Shown piece by piece: positions 18,707 to 26,747 of a DNA stretch of 32,000 bases. The DNA is from Acaryochloris marina MBIC11017 (lineage in GTDB: Bacteria > Cyanobacteriota > Cyanobacteriia > Thermosynechococcales > Thermosynechococcaceae). Position numbers and translations under genes: made by a program. The notes under the pieces are model-generated. The model was given only the letters and a program-made list of their open reading frames with translations. It had not been told where the DNA came from and did not search any database. The DNA lies in contig NC_009925.1 in the NCBI RefSeq assembly GCF_000018105.1, positions 1,680,001 through 1,712,000 on the forward strand, given 5' to 3'. The first letter of the stretch is position 1. Every line of letters begins with the position of its first letter.

Positions 18707-20833
18707 TCAGCCTTCCTCTTCTTCCTGAATCCAAGTTTCTTTGGGATCTGGCGTTTGAGACATTTGGGGATTCATCCCTTCAGGAAAGTCCTCATCTTGA
18801 ATCCAAGTTTGCCTCGGATCTGGCGTTTGAGGCGTATCCATCGCGGGGGATAGCTGATCATCTTGAATCCAAGTTTGTTTTGGATCTTGAAGTTGGGTCG
18901 GCGGCGAATCGATGCCAAACGGATTATCGACCCCGTCCATCCAAGCCTGTTGAGGCTCCTGAAGCTGGGTTGGGCTGGAGTCTTGGAGCTGGGTTGAACT
19001 GGAATCTTGAAGTTGAGTCGGATTCGGTTCTTGTAATGGGGTAGCACTGAGATCCTGTAGCTGCGTCGGACTAGTGTCTTGGAGCTGAGTTGGGTTAGGC
19101 TCTTGCAGTTGAGTTGTGCTGAGATCTTGGAGCTGCGTCGGACTAGAATCTTGTAACTGAGTCGTCGTTGGGTCTTGGAGTTGTGTCGGGCTCGAATCCA
19201 ATGGATCGTATAACTGGGTTGGACTGGAATCAAGGTCTTGGGCGGCTGCCGAATCTTCACTGTCAGGGACTTGAAGTTGAGTCGCCGTCGGATCTTGAAT
19301 CTGGGTCTTTGGGCCTCTCTGGGATGGCGGCGTATCCTGCAGTTCAGTTTTAGGATTTTGAATGCGAGTTTGTGCCTGTAACTCCCGAGACGTAATATCC
19401 ACCCACTCATCCGGGGCTTCTGGTTCCATTTCAGGAATCTGCAGCTCAGTTTCTGATCCTTGCAGCTTCGTTTCAGCTGGCATAGCCATCTCGTTAACTG
19501 CCGCCGCCCCCAACACCACATTTTCAGGGGAAAGCGGACTACTGCCTTCCTCACCGACTGGCCCTGAAGGAGACGGATTTGGAGGTTCTTGCAACGCAGT
19601 TTCAGGCGCTTGAATCCGAGTCGGTCTTATCTTCTCGGCATAATTGGGGGCCGGTCGCGGTGCTGGTTTTGGCTTAGATTTTGCCAGCAATGTTTTCAAT
19701 ACACCACCCACTAGCCCCCCCAACACCAAAACCACCAGAGCAATAGGTAACCACCCTAGTCCGCCAGATGTATCTTGAGCGTCTCCTGCCGTCTCTGGGT
19801 TCGCAGATGATGGGCCCGTACCATCTGAACTAGAACCATCCGATGATGCCGACGGGGGATTGTCTGATTGATCATTATCTGACGGGGAGTTATCCGACTG
19901 AGCCTTGTCCGTAGAGCCAGCATTGGCATCTGTTGTTCCGTCTTGGGCAGAATCCTTCGTCGATGAACCATTGGTGCTAGCGTCATCGGATATTGCAGGT
20001 TGAGTCTTCGCTTCAGCAATCGCATCTTGTCCCGGAGCAGAGGCCACAAAGTCGAGAAACGTCTTAGTCGAAGCAGTGGGCGTACCTTGATAGACATAGG
20101 TAAAAGGCTGAGAAAAGGGATAGCGTGGATCATCCGGCAAAGTGTTGTACATGGAGATGGGACGAATCGCTTCAGCTTCACCAATCTGGCTGGCAAGGGC
20201 ATAGCTAATACCATCCTTACCCAATTCATCCATCAGGGCCGAAACGTCATCTTGATCTAGTTGCACAATCTGGCCACCCGCTTCAAAGTTAGCGGCTCGG
20301 AATAATTCATAGGTTTGTAGCGTACTTTGAAGATTGCTGGCAATCGGACGATGAATCACCCGGATAGGGGCAGAGGGGCCTCCCAGCTGGGACCAGTTCG
20401 TAATTTCTCCCCGAAAAATCTTTACCACTTGGTCAATGGTTAATCCCTCGGCAAAGGGATTATCTTGGCCCACCACAATTGCAATTTTTTCCCGGGTGAC
20501 GGGGACTTGGACTAAACCTTGTGCTTTCTCTTCTTCCGTTAGGAGACGGCTAATGGCAGCTAAATCAGCCTGTTGACCTTCGACCTGGAGCGGAGCATCC
20601 GCCTGCTGACGCTTAATCTCAACCGTCGCATTCGGGGTTTGGGTTTCATAGCGCTGCTTCAGCGCCTGATTAATCGGAGCCATGCGGGTCAGATTATCGA
20701 TGCGAATAGTTGCCGCCCCTTCCTGAGCTTGCACCCTTTGCTCAACCGATTCAGGCAAAAGGATTGCCGAGGAGACCCCCAACGTGACCGCCATCGCTAG
20801 CTTGGGAATAGAAGTAGATCGTTTGGGTCTCAT
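18707..20833 (-). CDS. Single-pass membrane protein: periplasmic PstS/PBP-like domain, S/D/N-rich linker, TM helix and a T-x-[L/I]-Q repeat tail
   Basis: The track ORF 18707-20851 starts at TTG. ATG 20833 is preceded by GGAGG (complement of 20842-20846) and begins MRPKRSTSIPKLAMAVTLGVSSAILL, which is signal-like, so I prefer it. PBP-like segments: IRIDNLTRMAPINQALKQRYE and IFRGEITNWSQLGG. TM helix at 19685-19762 is followed by KSKPKPAPRPAP. The last 300 aa or so are repetitive and acidic. Confidence 0.8.
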   Translation of the reverse strand: MRPKRSTSIPKLAMAVTLGVSSAILLPESVEQRVQAQEGAATIRIDNLTRMAPINQALKQRYETQTPNATVEIKRQQADAPLQVEGQQADLAAISRLLTEEEKAQGLVQVPVTREKIAIVVGQDNPFAEGLTIDQVVKIFRGEITNWSQLGGPSAPIRVIHRPIASNLQSTLQTYELFRAANFEAGGQIVQLDQDDVSALMDELGKDGISYALASQIGEAEAIRPISMYNTLPDDPRYPFSQPFTYVYQGTPTASTKTFLDFVASAPGQDAIAEAKTQPAISDDASTNGSSTKDSAQDGTTDANAGSTDKAQSDNSPSDNDQSDNPPSASSDGSSSDGTGPSSANPETAGDAQDTSGGLGWLPIALVVLVLGGLVGGVLKTLLAKSKPKPAPRPAPNYAEKIRPTRIQAPETALQEPPNPSPSGPVGEEGSSPLSPENVVLGAAAVNEMAMPAETKLQGSETELQIPEMEPEAPDEWVDITSRELQAQTRIQNPKTELQDTPPSQRGPKTQIQDPTATQLQVPDSEDSAAAQDLDSSPTQLYDPLDSSPTQLQDPTTTQLQDSSPTQLQDLSTTQLQEPNPTQLQDTSPTQLQDLSATPLQEPNPTQLQDSSSTQLQDSSPTQLQEPQQAWMDGVDNPFGIDSPPTQLQDPKQTWIQDDQLSPAMDTPQTPDPRQTWIQDEDFPEGMNPQMSQTPDPKETWIQEEEEG
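18710..19624 (-). repeat. Coding array of 22 T-x-[L/I]-Q motifs; tight 8-aa (24-bp) core at 18956-19231 with a 72-bp higher-order duplication
   Basis: Read directly from the translation: TQLQ x11, TWIQ x3, TELQ x2, TRIQ x2, and TALQ, TKLQ, TQIQ, TPLQ once each. The two 24-aa units PTQLQDLSTTQLQEPNPTQLQDTS (19070-19141) and PTQLQDLSATPLQEPNPTQLQDSS (18998-19069) were checked codon by codon. Confidence 0.9.
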
Positions 20834-21271
20834 GTACTCAGCCTCCAACAAAATATATTGGCGTTAGTAACCAGTCGCATTTAAATCGATATTGACCGTC
20901 GTTTTTTGATCCTGCTGCCAGCATGTCTTGAGCACTATCTCTGGGGATACTGGCAAGCATTAAAATATGCACCTACCAAGAAGCCTTGGCTCCTACTCCA
21001 GGGAATAATTTGGCCATGACAAAGCAGTTGGATATTAACAGTCACCTAGGAAAACTCCAAGAGCGAAGAGCATACCGAACTGCTGATCGAGTTTGCACAG
21101 ACCAATTATCACAACTCTAAGGGCAGTCTCGTAAAATCACTTTTATTTTTAAGGTTTTCTCAAGCGCATGTTCAAGGTTGCTCAAATCGTTGATCGTTAG
21201 CTGTGTTAAACCTTGGGGGGCTAACCCGTCCAGATAGATGGGCATATATCTATGTAGACTAGGTAAAAGAT

Positions 21272-21688
21272 GGGAAGAGTAGGAGTAGGTGGTTGCGGAC
21301 TTGAGATCGCAAGTCTGAGGAAAGTCCGGGCTCTCGAAAGGCCAGACTTGCTGGGTAACGCCCAGTGCGGGTGACCGTGAGGAGAGTGCCACAGAAACAT
21401 ACCGCCGATGGCTTGTTTCGCTACAGGATAGCCAAACATTCACAGGTAAGGGTGCAAGGGTGCGGTAAGAGCGCACCAGCAACGTCGAGAGGCGTTGGCT
21501 CGGTAAACCCCGGTGGAGAGCAAGGCAGAGGGCAACGGTTGGTCTTTTCCCCGCTCTCGTTTGTAGCGCCGCTTGAGGCGTCTGGTAACAGGCGTCCCAG
21601 ATAGATAACTACCCTCTTTCGACCAATCCTGGGCCAATGTCCGGGTGGAGAAAGAGAACAGAACCCGGCTTACCGCCTGCTCTTCCCT
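21272..21688 (+). ncRNA. rnpB: RNase P RNA (bacterial type A, cyanobacterial)
   Basis: P4 5' strand GAGGAAAGTCCGGGCTC at 21317-21333, then CCAGACTTGCTGGGTAACGCCCAGTGCGGGTGACCGTGAGGAGAGTGCCACAGAAACATACCGCC, GGTAAGGGTGCAAGGGTGCGGTAAGAGCGCACCAGCAAC, and P4 3' strand ACAGAACCCGGCTTA at 21658-21672. P1 pairs GGGAAGAGTAGG (from 21272) with CCTGCTCTTCCC (ending 21688). The conserved core (P4 strands and the blocks listed) matches my memory of Synechocystis rnpB almost exactly; the peripheral helices differ. Ends are good to within a few nt. Confidence 0.92.
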
Positions 21689-21695
21689 CTATCTT

Positions 21696-21712
21696 TAGGG
21701 GATACTCCCCTA
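21696..21712 (+). terminator. Short hairpin just 3' of rnpB (7-bp stem, 3-nt loop, weak U content)
   Basis: TAGGGGA (21696-21702) pairs with TCCCCTA (21706-21712); GCTTTAAA follows. It may mark the rnpB 3' end. It is a weak terminator at best. Confidence 0.3.
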
Positions 21713-21743
21713 GCTTTAAACGTCATCTTTACTTCCCTCATCA

Positions 21744-22487
21744 ATGGCTAGTTGCCCCCCTCAACGACAACGACAGCTCGAAAAATTGATCCAGCGACTG
21801 GGGCTACCAGGGAATGCCCCCATTCGTTGGGACCTACTCGATCTGGCTCTGACCCATCCGTCTGCCTCTGGGCGGGCCAATTATGAACAATTAGAATTTG
21901 TGGGCGACTCCGTTGTCCGTCTCTTAGCCGCCGTCCTTTTACAGGCAGAGAATGCTCAAGGATCCGTGGGAGAATGGTCGGCGATTCGTTCCGTATTGGT
22001 CAGCGATCGTCACCTGGCGACCCTAGCCGCTAACTATGGTCTGGATCGATTTCTACTGCTAGGTCCCAGTACCCTGAAAGATCGCCGAGGTCAAGACTCT
22101 CGATTAGCCGATGCTTTTGAAGCCGTCTTGGGGGCCCTTTATCTCAGCACCGGTGACCTCTCGCTAATTCAGCCCTGGCTCCAAGATCCTTTGCGAAACA
22201 AGGCAGAGCAGGTCAGGATCGATCCCGCGTATCAGAACTATAAAGCTGCCCTCCAGCAATGGACTCAGGCCGTTTATCAACAATTACCCGAATATCGAGT
22301 CCAAGAGACTTCACCTCCATCCCAGGATCCTAGTGACGTGATGGCTGACCGCTTTACTGCCGAAGTCTGGCTCCAAGAGGAACTACTGGGGGTGGGCAAA
22401 GGGCACTCTATCAAAGCCGCAGAGAAAGCCGCAGCCCAAATAGCCTTTTTAAAAGTCCAGTCGCCGTTGGCCGAGACTGAGTTTTAG
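21744..22487 (+). CDS. rnc: Ribonuclease III
   Basis: 247-aa ORF with the RNase III signature NYEQLEFVGDSVVRL, the second catalytic segment DAFEAVLGALYL, and a C-terminal dsRBD (YKAALQQWTQ ... GKGHSIKAAEKAAAQIA). Confidence 0.9.
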   Translation: MASCPPQRQRQLEKLIQRLGLPGNAPIRWDLLDLALTHPSASGRANYEQLEFVGDSVVRLLAAVLLQAENAQGSVGEWSAIRSVLVSDRHLATLAANYGLDRFLLLGPSTLKDRRGQDSRLADAFEAVLGALYLSTGDLSLIQPWLQDPLRNKAEQVRIDPAYQNYKAALQQWTQAVYQQLPEYRVQETSPPSQDPSDVMADRFTAEVWLQEELLGVGKGHSIKAAEKAAAQIAFLKVQSPLAETEF

Positions 22488-22556
22488 GTTTCAACAGTCC
22501 CTTTTCCATCATTCGATAGGATAATGGATATATATCTACGGCTCAAAGATTCATAG

Positions 22557-23573
<1,017 letters not shown>

Positions 23574-23607
23574 TCGTTCCAGTGGATCGGTCAGGATAAC
23601 CTCAAAC

Positions 23608-24957
23608 TTAGACCAATTGCAGCATCAACGCTCGATACAGCAAGGCAGTCACGCCATAGCTAATCATCACAATTGTGGGGACTGCCAGGGCTGCAATGGG
23701 TTCCGCAATTTGACCAATCTTGGTGTAGCCACTATATAAGCCAAGTATGGTAAAGCTGGAGGCAAACAGACTTAGGGCAATCAGCTCAATTTGGCCGAGC
23801 TGCATCGCTAGGCCACTTAAAAACGCCCAGACGCCCACGGGCAGCATTGCCGACCCAGCTACCAGCAAATCTCCAGACCAGCTCCCTCCTTTCCCTACCA
23901 TCCGCCGAATCAGACTACCTGCCAACACTAAACTAGAAAAAGCCACCAAGCTGAGCAGCATCACTTGAGAATCCGAAACGGTCCAGGGCTTGGGCGCAAA
24001 GAGATGGGCACCCCCCACCACGCAACCCATGGCCAGACCTGCACAAATCAAGCTTATACCGATGGATTGATATGGCAGCTGACTTTGCCAAACCTGTAAG
24101 GCAGCACCACTGGGATTAACCAGCAGGCGAGGTAAGGTCGTCAAAGCAGTAGTTGCCAAAGTTGCCCCATTTCGAGGCAGATTCAAGAGGATATTGGCGG
24201 GCTTGCGATTAAGATCCTTGAGGGTTGCGATGGCCCGTTGGTAATGACCAATATGTCCCTGTTGTCGGAACAAACTCGCAGCCGCTTGCAAATCACGAAT
24301 CGCCAAGCGCTCTTTCACCTTGATATAAGCAATACCTCGATGATAAAACGCTTGAGCATAGTCTTTTTCGAGGGCAATAGCTTGGGAATAGGATTCAATA
24401 GATAGATCTAAATGACCTAACCGATAGCAAGATCGTCCCCGAAAAAAGAAGGCTTGAGCTGATTGGGGCTGAATGCTCAAAATATGATCACAATCTTGCA
24501 AAACTTCCCGATTATGGCCGAGGGCAAACCGAGCTTGACATCGCCCCATATAGGCTTCTAAATAATTCTTGTCGAGGTGAATCGCCTGGGTAAAATCAGC
24601 AATCGCAGTGGCATAATTTCGTCTATTTGCCTTTTGTACCCCTTGCATAAAATATTGTTGAGCATCTTGGAGAACAACAGAACCGGGTTCTTCTACAAAC
24701 GGAGATCGAGGGCCATCGTTATGATCATAAATAACTCGCCGATCACGATTACTCAGAACTTCATAGGCTGTACATATTTTTTGAAAAGCCTCTGCAGCTC
24801 TAGGGTTATTGGGGTTTAAGTCGGGATGATACTGTCGAACCAGTCGACGAAAAGCCGTTTTGATATCTGCTGGAGTCGCCTGTGGAGACACCTGCAGCAC
24901 ACTGTAATGATCTTGTGAGTCCACCATGAAAGTTTTGGAAGCTAAACCGTTCGACAA
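23608..24957 (-). CDS. Membrane-anchored J-domain protein with TPR repeats
   Basis: 449-aa ORF with an N-terminal J domain (YSVLQVSPQATPADIKTAFRRLVRQYHPDLNP, HPD present) and central TPR units (NYATAIADFTQAIHLDKNYLEAY..., AQAFYHRGIAYI...). About 5 hydrophobic helices lie in the last 145 aa or so (23608-24045). Confidence 0.8.
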   Translation of the reverse strand: MSNGLASKTFMVDSQDHYSVLQVSPQATPADIKTAFRRLVRQYHPDLNPNNPRAAEAFQKICTAYEVLSNRDRRVIYDHNDGPRSPFVEEPGSVVLQDAQQYFMQGVQKANRRNYATAIADFTQAIHLDKNYLEAYMGRCQARFALGHNREVLQDCDHILSIQPQSAQAFFFRGRSCYRLGHLDLSIESYSQAIALEKDYAQAFYHRGIAYIKVKERLAIRDLQAAASLFRQQGHIGHYQRAIATLKDLNRKPANILLNLPRNGATLATTALTTLPRLLVNPSGAALQVWQSQLPYQSIGISLICAGLAMGCVVGGAHLFAPKPWTVSDSQVMLLSLVAFSSLVLAGSLIRRMVGKGGSWSGDLLVAGSAMLPVGVWAFLSGLAMQLGQIELIALSLFASSFTILGLYSGYTKIGQIAEPIAALAVPTIVMISYGVTALLYRALMLQLV

Positions 24958-25195
24958 CTGATTGAGGGTTTAAGATGTGATCTTGCTTACACGCTCTTCT
25001 TCCCAAGTATGGCATTTCGGTTAAAAGATGTATCTATCAACCTGAAATTCTTATTTTTCTTAGTATTTGTTTCCATTCCCAAAAATTGTTGTGAATAGAC
25101 TTTACTCTAGTCTTAGAAAAATGCTTTCAACCCTTAGGTTTATCTTCAATAAATTGGGTCTTCCCCAAGATTAAGCCTCCTCCCATAGACCTGTC

Positions 25196-26212
25196 GTGAT
25201 TAATTCTCCTCCTTGGACTCCACTCCATGCTCATCTGCACCACATCCTGAAAGTACGGCAACTCTTGCCCATACAACAGCGAATTTTAATTGCTCTTTCG
25301 GGTGGGCAAGATTCATTTTGCCTCTTGCAGCTTTTAGTCGACCTACAGCCCAAATGGGGTTGGCAACTAGCCATTGCCCATGGTGATCATCGCTGGCCTC
25401 TAGATTCTGATGCTAACGCCCACCATGTTACTCAAATTGCCCGCCAATATCAGTTGCCCTACTTCTTACGCCAAGCCACCACGGAACTCAGAAGCGAAGC
25501 CGCTGGACGCCAATGGCGATATCAGATCCTGACAGAGATTGCCGAACAGGAAGCATATCCCCTGGTAGTCTCCGCCCATACCGCCAGCGATCGCGCCGAG
25601 ACCTTACTCTATAACTTAATACGAGGTAGCGGCACAGATGGCTTACAAGCTTTAAGTTGGCAGCGTCCTCTCTCAGATCGGGTGCAGCTTGTACGGCCAT
25701 TGCTCGACGTGGCACGAGCCCAAACGGGAGACTTTTGTCGGCACAGAAATCTGCCGATCTGGCAAGATGCCATGAATCAAAACCTCGTCTATCGTCGTAA
25801 CCGCATTCGGCTAGAAGTTCTCCCTCATCTGAAGACCCATTTCAATCCTCAAGTGGAAACCACCCTGGCCCATACTGCAGAAATCTTGCAAGGTGATGTT
25901 GATTTTCTAGAAGCAGAAACCCAGAAACTATTGGCGATTGCCCTGCCTAGTCCCCCTCCGGTCTTATCTGAAACAGAACAATATTGGGGGTATATTAATC
26001 GGGATGCCCTCCAATCTGCTCCCCTGGCGTTACAACGCCGAGCCCTACGTCATTTTTTGCGGCAGGCTATCGATGTATCTGCTAATTTCCAACAAATCGA
26101 AAAATTGATGGCTTTAGTGAAAGCACCGAATCATTCCCGCACCGATCCGTTCAAAAAACAATGGGTAGCAGAAGTTATTAAACCCTGGATAGTGATTCGG
26201 TCTCTTTCATAA
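25196..26212 (+). CDS. tilS: tRNA(Ile)-lysidine synthase
   Basis: 338-aa ORF with the PP-loop SGGQDS in the context ILIALSGGQDSFCLL and TilS-like AHTASDRAETLLYNLIRGSG. GTG start per the track. Confidence 0.85.
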   Translation: MINSPPWTPLHAHLHHILKVRQLLPIQQRILIALSGGQDSFCLLQLLVDLQPKWGWQLAIAHGDHRWPLDSDANAHHVTQIARQYQLPYFLRQATTELRSEAAGRQWRYQILTEIAEQEAYPLVVSAHTASDRAETLLYNLIRGSGTDGLQALSWQRPLSDRVQLVRPLLDVARAQTGDFCRHRNLPIWQDAMNQNLVYRRNRIRLEVLPHLKTHFNPQVETTLAHTAEILQGDVDFLEAETQKLLAIALPSPPPVLSETEQYWGYINRDALQSAPLALQRRALRHFLRQAIDVSANFQQIEKLMALVKAPNHSRTDPFKKQWVAEVIKPWIVIRSLS

Positions 26213-26581
26213 CGGCAGTTTCCCTAAGAAATGGTGCAGAAGAAACGTTTACATCCAGTGCAGGCGACAGGGACAATTAATGGGCTAGACCTTTTACTGT
26301 CTGCAATACAAGAAGATTAAACTGAGATTAATTCCACTAGAAATCGTTCGGGAACCAAAGTCAGGCAATAACAGGAGAAGGGGAGCTGTTAACATCCCAT
26401 GACTTCCATCTACCGTAAAAATCTAACCTCAATAATTCATCATTTAAGCCACTTCATTTCCAATCAGTGGCCATCGTCAAAGCCTTAAGGATAGAGGCCT
26501 ATACCCATGGTAGATCCCCCTTCTTTCCTATGTGTAAAACGGACCAGATTAGCGCGATCTGCTATAGGTTAGAAAAGTGAG

Positions 26582-26607
26582 GTGACACTCCAAAAAGTGT
26601 CACTTTT
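26582..26607 (+). terminator. Intrinsic-terminator-like hairpin oriented for plus-strand transcripts
   Basis: GTGACACT (26582-26589) pairs perfectly with AGTGTCAC (26596-26603); 6-nt loop; TTTT at 26604-26607 follows immediately. It lies 370 nt downstream of the tilS stop. Confidence 0.5.
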
Positions 26608-26665
26608 ATGTCATTAAGCGACATTCTTCAAGATATTCTAAGACCAGTGAGGAGTGATTCAGATG

Positions 26666-26716
26666 AAAAGCTCTTGAGGTCGAAACACGGCAAGACTCTC
26701 AAGAGCTTTTTTATTT
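26666..26716. terminator. Bidirectional intrinsic terminator 38 nt beyond the response-regulator stop
   Basis: AAAAGCTCTTGAG (26666-26678) pairs perfectly with CTCAAGAGCTTTT (26698-26710); 19-nt loop. A T-run (TTTTTTATTTTT) follows on the plus strand. The minus strand has an A-tract before the stem and TTTTC after it. Confidence 0.65.
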
Positions 26717-26747
26717 TTAAATATCCTTTATTCCATCACCACAAATA

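Noticed and set aside
18956-19231. Tandem 24-bp periodicity that could be mistaken for a CRISPR array or a non-coding satellite
   Set aside because: There is no repeat-spacer structure and the units are contiguous and in frame inside a long ORF. Variation is concentrated at synonymous positions, and no cas genes are present.
18703-19554. Alternative-frame ORFs over the repeat region (18703-19044 plus, 18772-19554 minus, 19168-19353 plus, 19362-19613 plus)
   Set aside because: A periodic 24-bp coding repeat keeps other frames open by construction. The 260-aa minus-strand frame is a monotonous K/R/L string mirroring the repeat. Only the 714-aa frame has a start context, signal peptide and folded domain.
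20852-20960. Looked for Pho boxes (tandem 8-bp PyTTAAPyPy[T/A] repeats) upstream of the PstS-like gene. I also noted a 9-bp bulged inverted repeat, TGCTGCCAG...CTGGCAAGCA.
   Set aside because: No tandem repeats with the expected 11-bp phasing were found. The inverted repeat has a 28-nt loop and one bulge, which is too weak to call.
21016-21245. Two small convergent ORFs upstream of rnpB: 21016-21120 plus (34 aa, MTKQLDINSHLGKLQERRAY...) and 21117-21245 minus (42 aa, MPIYLDGLAPQGLTQLTINDLSNLEHALEK...). I considered them as a possible toxin-antitoxin-like pair.
   Set aside because: Neither has an RBS or a family resemblance, and their 3' ends overlap. The region is more simply the divergent promoter space of rnpB and the PstS-like gene.
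21117-21637. Four track ORFs (21117-21482 minus, 21221-21439 minus, 21365-21604 plus, 21440-21637 minus) presented as possible proteins
   Set aside because: They overlap the RNase P RNA gene, whose conserved P4 and core segments are unmistakable. The translations are low-complexity with no motifs, so these are open frames in a structured GC-rich RNA gene.
26399-26488. 29-aa ORF (MTSIYRKNLTSIIHHLSHFISNQWPSSKP) in the tilS downstream region
   Set aside because: The nearest AGGAGA is about 20 nt upstream, which is too far. The ORF is short with no recognisable features, so it cannot be supported without conservation data.
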